Assembly (NCBI GenBank): GCA_051294905.1
Contig: CM119378.1
Span: 4,466,001 to 4,530,000 of the forward strand
Direction: 5' to 3'
Source: Botryllus schlosseri
Taxonomy: Eukaryota
DNA length: 64,000 bases
Shown here: piece by piece, positions 25,271 through 38,238 of the stretch
How the letters are laid out: each line of letters starts with the position of its first letter
Position numbering within the stretch: the first letter of the stretch is position 1
The notes under the pieces: generated by a model
What the model was told of the DNA's origin: nothing
Databases searched by the model: none
The model's input: only the letters and a program-made list of their open reading frames with translations
Position numbers and translations under genes: made by a program

Positions 25271-26470
25271 CAGAGGTGGTCAGCAACGAAGTACTTCTAC
25301 TTTTTCGGAGTACTCAAGTAGTTTTCCTCTACTTCTGGTACTTACTCAAGTAGATCTGGATTTCTCTACTGCTACCCTTACTTCGTAATATTTTGTGATC
25401 TAATTACTTACTTTTCGCTATTTACAGTTTGTCAAGTAGAAGTAGTTTGATCCCCCAATTCGAAAGATAGCTCGAGAAATGTCGGGGCTGTTTTCACGGA
25501 GTACCAATATTTAATATTCATAAAAGTCAAATAAAGCCCGTAGCAAGCATTGTCGCCCATATCAAACATTTCATCACAGTAAATATGGCCCACCATAACG
25601 TTTGAAATGACCGTTCCGCAATCTAGCAATTAACCATCATATCGTAATCTAGCGGCCCATGACGTGTCATGCTAATCTGAAAAATCCGGATTTTCTGAAC
25701 GTTATCCTACACCTGTTGTTGCTGATCACTTTTGAAGCTGTTTGGACAAAAGACATGAAATATATTTTCTGCTTTTTAGAAGTTGTATTTGTATTTCACT
25801 TTCACTTAATTCTAAGTATCATACTTTGAGTTCTAATTATACTTTCAATTCTTTTGTCTGCAGAATATGCATGTTGAAGCATGAAAGCAAGTGTAGTAAT
25901 GCCCTCATTTTCCGAAAATAAAGCTACATTAAAAATAACTTTTACGATTCACAATATTTGTTATCAACGTATGCTAATCGCGCAAAGTGGTGAAACCGTA
26001 TCCGATACAACTTCTACGCATTGCTCTTCGTCTGAACTTTGGGCCTCATAATATGGGGTAGGGCGCGATGCTATGATATTCTCTTAAACGGGCGGGTCTT
26101 CTAGTAAACAAAGGGTAAGTATCGCATTTTCATATAAATACTATAATTTGTATCCCATGATTCGTGATGCATGATGATTCTTATTCTGTCGAAAATTGAT
26201 ACCTCCCGGGATCCATCAATACGAATCAAGCTCTCTGAACCTTCCGCATAGCTCAATTCGCAGCTTTTAACAGTCGTTGCCAACGAATTAACACTGTTTT
26301 TAAAACTACTTACTTACTCAAGTAGATTTAAATTCAGACAATTCTACTTCTACGTCAAGTAGTTTAGGTGGCTTATGGAAGAAGTACTTCTACTCGTACT
26401 TGAGTAGTTTTTTTCGTCGCTACTTCTACTTCTACTTGAGTAGATCTATTGACTTCTTTGACCACCTCTG
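25271..26470. mobile_element. hAT-type MITE with (TACTT/AAGTA)n subterminal repeats
   Basis: TIR CAGAGGTGGTCA / TGACCACCTCTG; TSD CTAAAATC / CTAAAATA; near full-length sister copies at 29240 and 34970. Confidence 0.9.
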
Positions 26471-26624
26471 CTAAAATACCTTGGGCGCGCACTATGAACT
26501 CTCCTAAATTTTCACAATGGTAACCGGTTCGTCTTTTGTGAATATATGTGCGAATGGCTCAGCCTTATTGCATTCTCACCACGTTCTTGAGATTTCATAG
26601 AACAGAAAGCAATGAAGCGATATT

Positions 26625-26805
26625 ATAGCAATTTAATTCAGTTTTATTATCAATTTTATCAAATCAATACACCGCATGATTGCGATACAATGGAAAGATA
26701 GGATGGTTTCAAATCGTCTCAGAGTAGTCTGTGAATCAGACACCCGCCTGGGACTAGGCGAAGTAAAGAGGAGGTCTGTACATTGCACAGTGCTCACTGA
26801 ATGAA
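26625..26805 (-). mobile_element. LINE 3'-end fragment (family of 4110-4315)
   Basis: ATCAGACACCCGCCTGGGACTAGGCGAAGTAAAGAGGAGG core. Confidence 0.6.
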
Positions 26806-27364
26806 AAGTTCACAAGCAATGGTTTGAAACTTTTGAATAAACGATCAGTTGAATACAGGCATTATAGAATTTCTTGGGTGTTTGAATCTTGGACTGTTGG
26901 TGAACGAAATTCATATTATTTTTTTTCTCAGACTAGCCAGGACTTCCATACTACTTGTCTTTGCACTGCTGTAATCTTGTACCATTATTGTACCGTGTTC
27001 ATTGTTTTCTAACTGATGAAGAAATATACAAAAGACTCTAATAATAGGCAATGATTCAAAATACAATAATGTGGCTTCCACGGATGAAACAGCGTTAATT
27101 AGGTATGAACTAAAATCCCTTGGGTAGGCCAACTCATTATCTAGGAAAGGAAAGGACGTAGTTTATTTTTGTCCTTGATGTTGTTTTAGCATATACGCTG
27201 ACTCATGATATACATACACATTACACACGATCAGTGCATAGGCATACCATGGGTGCATGATGTGCATATGCCGCTGGACAAGGAATGTGCAAATATATCC
27301 TTTTACGTCTTTCTAAGTCTTGCACCACCCCTCCATGCTATCCCAGTTATGCATGAGCACCAAG

Positions 27365-27476
27365 TAGGGAAGTCGTGGATACCAGTGTTACCAATCAGGT
27401 CTTTGGTCTAACCCGGCCGGGGATCAAACCCACGACCTAACGATCAAAAAGCTGGACGCTTCACCATTACGCTATC
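27365..27476 (-). mobile_element. tRNA-derived SINE, family A
   Basis: Reverse complement GATAGCGTAATGG...GGTTTGATCCC...CCAAAGACC...CTGGTATC; matches 39846-39960. Confidence 0.7.
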
Positions 27477-28994
27477 TTGTCTTTATCTTGTCTACAACAT
27501 CATCATTTGAGTAGCGATATATCAGATGCGCAGTGCACACCCAGTCCCCCCCCCTGGGAACTATAGGCAATCATACGGAGAATCCGATGTTGTAGTTTTT
27601 GCAGTGGGCCAATCGCATTCTTGCATGCAGGTAGGGTGGGTTGCATTTAAAACAAAAATCAATTTTAAACAAACATATTTAAAACAAGGGCTTTGTTTAA
27701 AACTTTTTTTTTTAACCATGACGTCACGAATATTCAATTGTGTCGTCATATAGTGGATTGACATTGACAATTGAAAATATAGAGTAAATATAGCTCCATT
27801 GACGAAGTATCTGTACTATTGCTGGTGAGCCGACAATGTGAGGGTTCCAACCATCCCATATCGATATACGCCAGCTATATCGGGTGGTAGTTGTTCGTAG
27901 GCTCATACAACATGATTTTTTGGAAAGTATTTACACAATTATGGCATAATTTTACAACTAAAAAAGCACATTTTTAAAAGGCCTTTGTTTAAAACACTGT
28001 TTAAAACATGTCTTAAACGAAAAAGTGTTTTAAAGCACCGTTTGTTTTAAATGCAACCCTACATGAAGGTATACACATCAGCAAAGAATTCCATCTTCAT
28101 CGGTGCCTAGTAAAAAGGGCCTCCGTCAACCATGGTCAATATTAGGCCTCGGATCAGGCAGATAGTGGTACAGAATTCGCTGAAAATTCAAAGGCCCATA
28201 CTAAGGGTGACAGGTATTTTTATTTGCAATTATTTCACTGATAGTTCCATCACCAGCAACAAAAGGTATAAATGACTAAAAATCTGCCGGTAACCTACAC
28301 AAGATGCCTATACTGCCACATGACTGGCAAGCATCGCGGCATCCACCAGTCAATAAGAGAAATTCAGTTTTTGTGAGTACTGAAATCAATTGCCTCTAAT
28401 TCACTGGTTCGTGAAAAGTCAATGAAAATCTGGGGTAAGGGTTAAATCAGGGGCGGGCAACATACGGCCCGCGGACAGTTTTCCATCGTACATGATAGTG
28501 TGGCCTGCGGCTCCAGTCTTCCGAGATTCCCCACATCTTGCTTAAATACGTCAAATTTTAGTGACTGTACGTCATTATACACATGTATGCGCACTTGCGC
28601 AGCGAGCGAAGGGGAGCTTATACGGGTAAATTCGTCGAAACGAGAAGACTTATCGGCATTTACGATGTAATCAACCCGAATGTCATTTGTGGTAATGATG
28701 ATGGTGTTTGTCGACTACAATGGTCATTTACACCGGGCCGATATTTCTTATTTTTGATTCCGTAACCGTCGACTTGTAGCTCGGCACACTTCTAGGCTTC
28801 TGTAAGACATCGCTAATACCAGGGGTCGCCAACTCAAAACGGGTCGGGGGCCACTTTCAAATTTCGTGGAGGCCGCGGGCCGCATGAATTCAATATCGAG
28901 ATAAAATAGGCCACATAGTTGAACAACCACGCTATCTCGTCACCAACTAAACCCTGATGAATTAATATCTTGGTTTTGTTTGTTTTGGGGTATT

Positions 28995-29228
28995 CATGGT
29001 GTTTGTCGAATGTCAACTACTATGGTCATTTACACCAGGCCGATATTATTCTTATTTTCCGTAACTGCCGACTTATAGCACGGTCCACCTCTAGGCTTTT
29101 GTAAGACACCGCTGACGCGGATGAGGTGGAGAGGATGAGCCTAGGTAAACCTCCAACACTTAGGTATCGGCATTCTGAAGTCGACCTCGGTCGGACTCGA
29201 ACCCGCACCCATTGGTGTTGCAGCTGCG
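28995..29228 (-). mobile_element. tRNA-derived SINE, family B (partial second copy at ~28702-28815)
   Basis: B-box-like GGTTCGAGTCC on the minus strand; body matches 62024-62290. Confidence 0.7.
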
Positions 29229-29239
29229 TGATATCTTGG

Positions 29240-30509
29240 CAGAGGTGGTCAGTAACGAAGTACTTCTACTTTTTGGAAGTACTCAAGTAGTTTTCCTCTA
29301 CTTCTGGTACTTACTCAAGTAGATATGATTTTCTCTACTTCTACTTCTACTTCGTATTATTTTGTGATCTACTTACTTACTTTTCGCTATTTTCAGTTTG
29401 TCAAGTAGAAGTAGTTTAATCCCCCATTACGAAAGATAGCCTGAGGAATTTCGGGGCTGTTTTCACGGAGTACCAACTTTTAATATTCATAAAAGTTAAG
29501 TAAAGCCCAGAAATTTTGTTGCGCTTTGAGCACAGTAGCTATGGAGTGACAAATATGTTTTCACGAAAGTATCAGCGAATATAACTTCGGTACTGGATTG
29601 CCTGGTTCCGCTCACACCCCATTGTCGCCCATATCAGATATTTCATCATAGTAAATATGGCCGTCCATGACGTTTGAAACTACCATTTCACAATCTAGCA
29701 ATTACCTATCATATCGTAATCTAGCAGCTCATGACGTGTCTTGCTAATCTGGAAAACCCGGATTTTTTGAACGTTACACCTGTTTAGCAGATCACCTTTG
29801 AAGCTTTATGGACAACAGACATGAAATATATTTTCCACTTTTTAGAAGTGGTATTTGTATTTCACTTTCAATTCCGAGTATCATACTTTGAGTTCTAATT
29901 ACTTTCAGTTCTTTTGTCTGCAGAACATACATGTTGCAAGAGCAAGTGTAGTAATGCCTCTATTTTCCGAAAATGAAGCTACACTAAAAATAAATTTTAC
30001 GATCCACAATATTTGTTATTAACGTATACTAATCGCGCCAAGTGTTGAAACCGTATCCAATACAACTTCTCCGTATTGCTCTTCGTCTAAACTTGGAGCC
30101 TTATAATATGGGGAGGGCGTCCTGCCATGATATTCTCTAAAACGCGGTCTTCTAGTAAACAAAGGGTTAGTATCGCATTTTCGTATCGATACTATAAATT
30201 GCATCCCATGATGCGAAAGAATGTTTATTCTGTCGAAAAATGATACCTCCTGAGATGCGTCAATATGCATCAAGCTCTCTGCACCTTCCGTATAGCTCAA
30301 TTTGCAGTTTTTGACAGTCCGTGCGAACGAATTAAGACTGTTATCAAAATTACTTACTTACTTGGGTAGATTTAAAGTCAGTTAATTCTACTTCTACTTC
30401 AAGTAGTTTTAGATGGCTTATGGAAGAAGTACTTCTACTCGTACTTGAGTAGATTTTTTCGTCGCTACTTCTACTTGAGTAGCTTTCTTGACTACTTTGA
30501 CCGTCTCTG
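29240..30509. mobile_element. hAT-type MITE, second copy of the 25271 family
   Basis: TIR CAGAGGTGGTCA / TGACCGTCTCTG; colinear with 25271-26470; no TSD seen. Confidence 0.88.
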
Positions 30510-31050
30510 GTTACAACTCTGCTTGGTGGTACGAAGCACCTAAATAGGGGGTACGAGATGCAGTGTGCAATTACACGCTATTTAATTATTACTGAAGCGG
30601 AATAGAAAACCGTATTTATACAGCCAATTTCGCTGGATTGACTAATAAAAGCCATTTTATGATTTGACTCCAGAAATATCCGCTTTCTGTTGACTTTGCG
30701 TTTTTGATTGCGACTGATTTGAATTCGATTCTATCGGCCTTTAAAAGACTCATCCTGTATCACACCCACAATTTCCTAAGCTGGCCTCCTCTGATCTGAG
30801 CTCCATACCGAGGAAAACGTCTCGCATGAACTGGCAAATACGACAGTCGTCGGGCATGTTCATTGTTCAGTTGTTCACATACAAGTCAAGATAGGAGATG
30901 GTTCTAGTGAATGAATACTAATTAGCGCTCGAGAGTATACATACATTACCGTGATCTGATACATCGACCTCGCCTTTTAACACATGTCATCTCATATGCG
31001 ACACTGGCCTGCGTGGCCCATGTTATCAGAGTGCAACGCCCACTGTGGAT

Positions 31051-31393
31051 TAGGGGTGATAAAAAACTTTTTGTTCAAATTTCATCGGCTCAATTGTTAA
31101 ATTGTCAGGTTGCATAAAAAACTTTCAACACCAAATTTGGCTCAAGTACAAATAGTAGGCTAGAAGCCGAGGTCAAGCAAATTGAAATGATTCAATCCCT
31201 CTTCATGCATGCCTGGAATACGTGAAAGTGATGAAATTTGCCACCGTAAACACTATTGTTTTTAAAGTGGCCGAAATTTCAATTTGGTTAATCTTGACCT
31301 CTACGGGTTGGAATTGAGTTAAATTTGGTAGTTTTTAGGCAACCTGATGATTTAACAAGAGAGCCAACGAAATGTGAAAAAAATAGCATCCCT
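31051..31393. mobile_element. Palindromic MITE with long imperfect TIRs
   Basis: Left arm ...GTCAGGTTGCATAAAAACT...CCAAATTTGGCTCAA and right arm TTGAGTTAAATTTGGTAGTTTTTAGGCAACCTGA are inverted. A similar AAATTTGGCTCAA motif occurs at ~3360 and ~3505. Confidence 0.6.
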
Positions 31394-32012
31394 CATGCCG
31401 CACGCATTGTACAGTCATCTTGAGGAAGAAATTCAGTATTCAGTTTGGGTGGTTGTGGGATTGACAGACCACGCCTGGTCTTCTTGACGCCCTCATCTGT
31501 TCATAACAGCGCATTGTGCTTTGTGCATCACATCGTACAGTGTGTGGTGGTACGATTATGCCGCAGTAATCAATGAAAATATAACACAAAAAATTTCTAC
31601 AGATACATATTTTATTTGCAAGTACTAAAGATTAAAAAACGGCTTAATCACTTTGAAGCCTAGTATGTCACACTATTCTGCATGATACTTAAAACGGTTG
31701 CCCGACATATGACCACAAACACAATGAAAAACGATAGTTGAGTACGGAAAACTATAGCATGCATCGGTTCATCATGTGACTTTATAACCCCAAAACTCAC
31801 CTTAAGCCCAACCTTAACCTTGAAATCAACCCTTATATATATTCTAACGACTATAACCCCAACCCTAACCTGAAATTTAAACAACATGCTCATATGTCAC
31901 ATGCTATTATGTATATATGGTACACGGACCACACAACACTAAACAGAATAATCATTTTTCAAGGATAGGGGGTTCCCAAATTTCAAGACCACGCCTCAAG
32001 AGATAGATTAAT

Positions 32013-34040
32013 TTATACCAATTTCAGCCCCTTCGATTGTTGGAATACTTCGTTGGATTCACTGCGAAATGCACATGCTGTAATAATTTGACATCTGGTT
32101 TTTGAGAATAGCTTCGCAGAAGACATGCCACAAGATGGATCCAAAGTTTGGATTGATAAGCCTGTATAAGAATTTGACAGGAATAAAACTTTGTCTCCAA
32201 TTGCAAGCGGATTTTTGAAATTCGATGGAATAAAGGTGAAACACAGTTTTGTAATCCATATGTTGTTTATCGTTGAATATTGCATCCACTTCTTTCCGTC
32301 AGTCAAATATAATTCTCCATTAACGAAAAGGATATGAGAAAGACATTTTTCACCAACACGGCTAAACACGGTCCATCCAAAGCGACGCGAAGCAGGATTA
32401 CACTTCCGTATTATCCCAGTTTCTTGCGAAAAAACATACAGGCACTTATTTGAAGATGTCGCAGTAAATGCATCCAATCCACACCCACACTTGGATGACC
32501 ACTTATTTGATATTGGGGTATACACATAAGTTCTATCCTTATTGAGAATGTATATGCAGTCGTTCAACTCAACTACAGCAGTTATGGGTGTGTCGAAATA
32601 AATATCTCGAATGTCCATCAATTGCGTCCAGCTGTTGCCTCCTGTAGAAAAATACATGGCTTCGTCTACAATCAAGCAAAGTTTTCCATTGACAGAAATC
32701 AAAGCACTACGCTCAATATTGAAATATGGCGGAAGACCAATCGTCTTCAACTGATTTGTCAACATATCCATAACATGAAGGTCTTGTTCACCAGTACTCA
32801 ACACAGCAATTGAATCAGCAGATGGTATGTGACGTTCACACACCCTATGCAGTACATCTTTGTAACAGCACAACTCTTTTATAATTGGGTTGTCAATAAT
32901 ATTATCATTGATGAAGCCAATGGGAATGTGATTGTAATGAATGCTTTTAACCAACTGAGCAAATATATCGGTATCTGTTAAGTTGCCTGCCATCCATTTA
33001 TGTATCGCACTCCATTTGGTTGTTTCCGATAAATATTTTGTATCATCTGCTAACATAAGGACTTTAACATCATCTTTGTGAAGGCTTGAGAACTCCGACA
33101 AGGCCATGAGTTCTCCAAGATGGTTCTTCATAAATTTTATGATGAATTTTCTGATACTGGTAGTATCATGCTTGTATTGACGAGCTTGCTGAATAAGAAA
33201 TATACAATTATCCGTTTTTATATTTTGTTCAAAATCACTGATATCCATAAAAAGTCTGTGATGAATGAAATCCACGCATTCGAGGCATTCTTTGAAAATT
33301 TTTTCTTTCCACATACACTCCAGTAACTCATGCGATGGATAATCAACCAATCGCAAAAGTTTCACAATCTCTAATATGTGCGCTTTTCTGATTGTAACTT
33401 CATGCTTGATCCATGCCAGCCCAACGTTCCACGCTTCAATGTCCTTCAATCCATACTCATGAATGTATTTAGATGCATCCGCATACTCCAACTGCATGAA
33501 ATCGTCGCTAATACCTACAGCAAAGAGGTGGGAGCAAAAATATTTTCCTATTTCATCAACGACACTGGTATTAGAGTTGGTTGCAGCTACGTGCATAAAA
33601 AAGACACAATTATCATTCGACACAGCACTTATCATGTACTTGAAACAAATTTCTTTAAGCTTGTCCAGTTGCAGGATATCGGCACAGCTTAACACTGCAC
33701 TCAAATTATCCCTCCTGATGGAGCAGTTACCAGTATACATAAATTCAACAGCCTCTTTCATTGCACATGGCTCCACATTTTTAATTTCAACTTTTCCTTG
33801 CTTTGTTTCTTCAAAATTTCCATTCAACAGCATAGTGCGGAAATAGTCCGAAAACGAAATCAGCACAAGCTTATGCACAGGGAATACAGTGTCATTAACA
33901 TGTATGATGAAGTCACATGCTAGGTTATCTTGGCGAAGACTTTGTACAGAAGCTAGAAGTGTATCTGCGTGCTCATTTTTGTGTTGTTGAGACAGTGAAA
34001 ATGAACTCTCTGCCCGTCCAGGTACTCCACGTTTAAACAT
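32013..34040 (-). CDS. Kelch-like protein, BTB-BACK-BACK-Kelch, copy 3 (about 675 aa, intronless CDS)
   Basis: Same domain order as copy 2. Start placed at ATG 34040 (MFKRG, compare MPKRP of copy 1) because the ORF-track ATG at 34094 lies upstream of the shared splice-acceptor-like site at 34075-34076. Confidence 0.9.
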   Translation of the reverse strand: MFKRGVPGRAESSFSLSQQHKNEHADTLLASVQSLRQDNLACDFIIHVNDTVFPVHKLVLISFSDYFRTMLLNGNFEETKQGKVEIKNVEPCAMKEAVEFMYTGNCSIRRDNLSAVLSCADILQLDKLKEICFKYMISAVSNDNCVFFMHVAATNSNTSVVDEIGKYFCSHLFAVGISDDFMQLEYADASKYIHEYGLKDIEAWNVGLAWIKHEVTIRKAHILEIVKLLRLVDYPSHELLECMWKEKIFKECLECVDFIHHRLFMDISDFEQNIKTDNCIFLIQQARQYKHDTTSIRKFIIKFMKNHLGELMALSEFSSLHKDDVKVLMLADDTKYLSETTKWSAIHKWMAGNLTDTDIFAQLVKSIHYNHIPIGFINDNIIDNPIIKELCCYKDVLHRVCERHIPSADSIAVLSTGEQDLHVMDMLTNQLKTIGLPPYFNIERSALISVNGKLCLIVDEAMYFSTGGNSWTQLMDIRDIYFDTPITAVVELNDCIYILNKDRTYVYTPISNKWSSKCGCGLDAFTATSSNKCLYVFSQETGIIRKCNPASRRFGWTVFSRVGEKCLSHILFVNGELYLTDGKKWMQYSTINNIWITKLCFTFIPSNFKNPLAIGDKVLFLSNSYTGLSIQTLDPSCGMSSAKLFSKTRCQIITACAFRSESNEVFQQSKGLKLV

Positions 34041-34969
34041 TTTAGGATTATAAACCAGCAATGTAAATAAATACCTGATCAGAAAAATATCCATAAACTA
34101 TCATCAAGTATTACGATAAGTGATATCCTGCATCCCCAAGTGTTGAGCAGAACCTTTATTTTCGCATCGAAATGCAACACTGATAAGGAGTGGAAATATA
34201 TTTCAGGTATATAGCAATGAGCATGACTGATGATGAATAAGTGATGGATGACAGAAGACAAATGAGAGAGTCATGTCTCCATACATACCTGATTAAATCA
34301 TGCTTTTATCGATCTCAATAGAGCTATTCATTTGCTGAAACCTAATGCTATATTATTCTTTTCATATTGCAATTATCGTATTTGATATTGACTATTGGTC
34401 TATGGCGATTCTCAAAACGTGTCCCGTAAGGCTTAAGTACCACGTGTCAGACTTTAATCCAATCACTGTGAGTGATTCACCTGGTAACAAGTTCTTGTTT
34501 CTTTTTGTTTCCCAGGCGTAAAACTATGATGTACTTATATTAGGGTTACCATATTTTTGCGAAACTAATTCCGGACACTCTTGAGCGCCCACTAGCGGAT
34601 TTTAAAATGAGGTGTAACACATTGACCGTCAATATGACGTCACACTCGCAAAGCATTGCCCATCGCCTGTATATATCAGGGGTGGCCAACTTTTTCGGCC
34701 AAAGGGCCACATGAGATTTACGAACCATAGCACGGGCCACTTTGTGTTAATAACCATTTGTTAGGTAACGGCGAAAACAATACTTATACTACTACGCGCC
34801 AAAATCGATTACAATTGTGTCATGAAAAGTCAGTGTGCAGTGCACTCAGGTCCCAACTGCTGCGAAAATCTCTCAAAGTATATGAAGTCAATAATAATGT
34901 AACTTGCATATATTGCGGGTCGAATCTATATACCGCTAGGCTCATTTGGCAAGGACCTGATTAATCGGT

Positions 34970-36207
34970 CCTCTACTTCTGGTACTTACTCAAGTAGATC
35001 TGATTTTCTTTACTTCTACTTCGTAATCTTTTGTGATCTACTTACTTACCTTTCGCTATTTTCAGTTTGTCAAGTAGAAGTAGTTTAATCCCCCAATACG
35101 AAAGATAGCCTGACGAATTCCGGGGCTGTGTTCACGGAGTACCAACATTTAATATTCCTAAAAGTCAAGTAAAGCCCAGGAATTTTGTTGCGCCTAGCGC
35201 ACAGTAGTTATGGAGTGACAAATAGGCCTACGTTCTCACGAAAGTATCAGTGAATATAATTTAGGTACCGGATTGCTTGGTTCCGCTCACACCGCATTGT
35301 CGCCCATAGCAAATATTTCATCACAGTAAATATGGCCCACCATAACGTTTGAAACTACCGCTTCGCAATCTAGCAATTACCAATCATATCGTAATCTAGC
35401 AGCCCATATTACGTGTCTTGCTAATCTGGAAAATCTGGCTTTTTTGAACGTTACCCTGTTTTAGTAGATCACCTTTGAAGCTTTATGGACAAAAGACAAT
35501 GAAATATAGTTTCCGCTTTTTAGAACTGGTATTTGTATTTCACTTTCAATTGCGAGTATCATACTTTGAGTTCTAATTAATTTCAGTTCTTTTGTCTGCA
35601 GAACATACATGTTGAAGCATAAAAGCAAGTGTAGTAATGAATGACTCTTTTTTCCGAAAATAAAGCTACACTAAATATAACTTTTACTATCCACAATATT
35701 TGTTATTAACGTATACTAATCGCACAAAGTGATGAAACTGTATCCGATACAACTTCTACGTGTTGCTCTTCGCCTAAACTTGGGGCCTTATAATATGGGG
35801 TAGGGCGCCATGCCATGATATTCGCTAAAACGGGGTCTTCTAGTAAACAAAGGGTTAGTATCGCATTTTTATATCAATACTATAATTTGCATCCCATGAT
35901 GCGATAAAATGCTTATTCTGTCGAAAAGTGATACCTCCTGGGATGCATCAATATGAATCAAGCTCTCTGCACCTTCCGCATGGCTCAATTCGCAGCTTTT
36001 GACATTCCTTGCGAATGAATTAAGACTGTTTTCAAAACTACTTACTTACTTACTTGAGTAGATTTAAAGTCAGTCAATTCTACTTCTACTTCAAGTAGTT
36101 TTAGGTTGCTTATTGAAGAAGTACTTCTACTCGTACTTGAGTAGATTTTTTCGTGGCTACTTCTACTTCTACTTGAGTAGCTTTGTTGACTACTTTGACC
36201 ACCTCTG
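34970..36207. mobile_element. hAT-type MITE, third (left-truncated) copy of the 25271 family
   Basis: Colinear with 29240-30509; right TIR TGACCACCTCTG at 36196-36207. Confidence 0.88.
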
Positions 36208-36222
36208 CATTTGCCCCTAGTT

Positions 36223-38238
36223 TAGGGTTACCATATTTTTGTGAAGCAAATTCTGGACACTCTTTAGCGCCTACTAGCGGATTTTAAAAATTAGGTGTAA
36301 CTCATTGACCGTCAATATGACGTCACACTGGCAAAGCATTGTCCATAGACTGTATACACTATACAGGAATGGAGTGGAACATAGCAGTGTTGGGATCAAG
36401 TCACTACCTTCGAGTCACGGAGTCATCTCGAGTCATTGCAGATTTTGACTCGAGTCAAGTCAAGTCAATAAATTTTCGAATGTGACTCGAGTCAAGTCGA
36501 GTCAAGTCAAGTCAAGTCACGAGTCAAGTCACAATTCAAGTCAAATTGAATTTTCGTAGTATGAGTGATGATTCAAAGTCATAATATTTTGCCAGCTGTG
36601 TGAAAGATTAATTATCTTGAATCAAATAACGAAAATAAAGTTTATACAATAAATATACAAAAATGCGCTGTATCGCACACGCACACGTAGAACTGCTAAT
36701 AAAATACGTGAGAATTTTGGTGGGTAAATTGGTATGGTACAATAATACCCATCTACACATCCGTAAGAATATAAATGCATAAACTGCATTAGATTTAACA
36801 CATTCAAGAGGGTAGGTAAAGGTGAGCACTGCGCAATGTAAGCACTGCTCCATCTTGGAAACAGTTATTAGATTAATCTACTACTACTACAACAACGTCT
36901 ACAACGACGTAAGCTGCGACCATTTCAGTTGCGGCCAATTTATTTATGATATAACAATGGAGGACCAGTGGAAGTGGATCGTACAATAAGTGAAAGACTG
37001 GTTGCTGTCACAAGTGTCACTGGCGTATCGCGAATTATCCGAACATACACAATTACACATGATACATTGATTTAGTCGACACCATTTACTTATTGATGAC
37101 TTGAAATTGACTCGTAAATTTTGCTCCGAGTCACGAGTCAATCCACATTTCTGAAGCGCCGAGTCAAGTCAAGTCAAGTCATTTTTGCAAAGTGACTCGA
37201 CTCAAGTCAAGTCATACGAAAAAGTTAACTCGAGTCTGACTCGAATCAAGTCATGACTCGAGTCATCCCAACACTGGAACATAGGTCATGAATTGGGCCA
37301 TCTGTAATGTGAGCTCTGGTGATTGCTACTTGCTAGGGTCTGCAATAGATTCCTCCACGGGCCGGATGAAATCATCTGGCGGGCCGTGTCTGGCCTGTCA
37401 GGATTGTGTTTGGCAGTCCTGCTATACTGTTAGGCCGGTGGGCTATCTGTATATGTGTTTTAATTAGATCCGAAACAACATTTTTCTCCCCCCCCCCCCT
37501 TCCGCCCACAAAGCACTGATCTTGGGCCCACCATAGGATAGTCGATGTAACTTGTTGAGCACTTACTATATACATTTGGCTGTTAAATTTTATGTATGAA
37601 TTCTGTCAATAATATTGATTCTTCCATATATTAGGCTACTATAAAATGCATCAGCAGGTTGCACATCCGGTGATTTCCAACCTTTTATGGTCGCGACCTC
37701 ATTTCCCACTTGAAAATGTTCCGCGGCAAAGGTTAAAACTTGATAACTGATTACTAAAAAAATTCAGCTTGCCCAAACTTACTCACGGCACGGCCTTTAG
37801 GAAGCTGATTACGTCCAACGTCATCGCGATCCCCAGATAAAGGCGAACAACCCCACGATTTGGAACCACTGTCTGTGATTGAAGCATCCAATCGGCCTTA
37901 ACCAGCTTTAGGAATATACCGTTAGCTTATAATTGCGATTCCTATCAGACTTATTTCAATAAATGATGGTTATTTATATTACTTTTTATTGCATTTTTTG
38001 GAGAGGGTGGTGCCTGCTGCCCATACTAATATCATTATACGTTGCATTAACTCGCGCGCGGCGCGAAGAACAATTTTGAATAGCATAAATCTGCTTGAAA
38101 ATAATATTGTTTATGTTGATTTTAGAAAAACTTTTGAGCCTGCTTCAAGACTGCAAAATTCCGGACATTTAGGCATATTTTAGAAATTCCTCCCGGACGC
38201 AGATTTTTCAGTGAAATTCCGGACGTATGGCAACCCTA
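36223..38238. mobile_element. hAT-type MITE (TAGGGTTACC family) carrying nested MITEs
   Basis: TIR TAGGGTTACCATA / TATGGCAACCCTA; perfect TSD CCCTAGTT; its first ~130 bp are also present at ~34541-34674. Confidence 0.88.
36385..37276. mobile_element. Nested hAT-type MITE with (GAGTC/AAGTC)n repeats
   Basis: TIR CAGTGTTGGGAT / ATCCCAACACTG; perfect TSD GAACATAG; inverted relative to 11462-12253. Confidence 0.92.

Noticed and set aside
26101..30300. Similar ORFs 26101..26283 and 30019..30300 (SYxEGxESL..ID.S.EVS.FDRI)
   Set aside because: Both lie inside copies of the same non-autonomous MITE and differ in frame and length; no evidence for a protein.
34041..34094. 18-aa N-terminal extension of Kelch copy 3 in the ORF track
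   Set aside because: Spans the shared acceptor-like site and corresponds to non-coding leader in copy 1.
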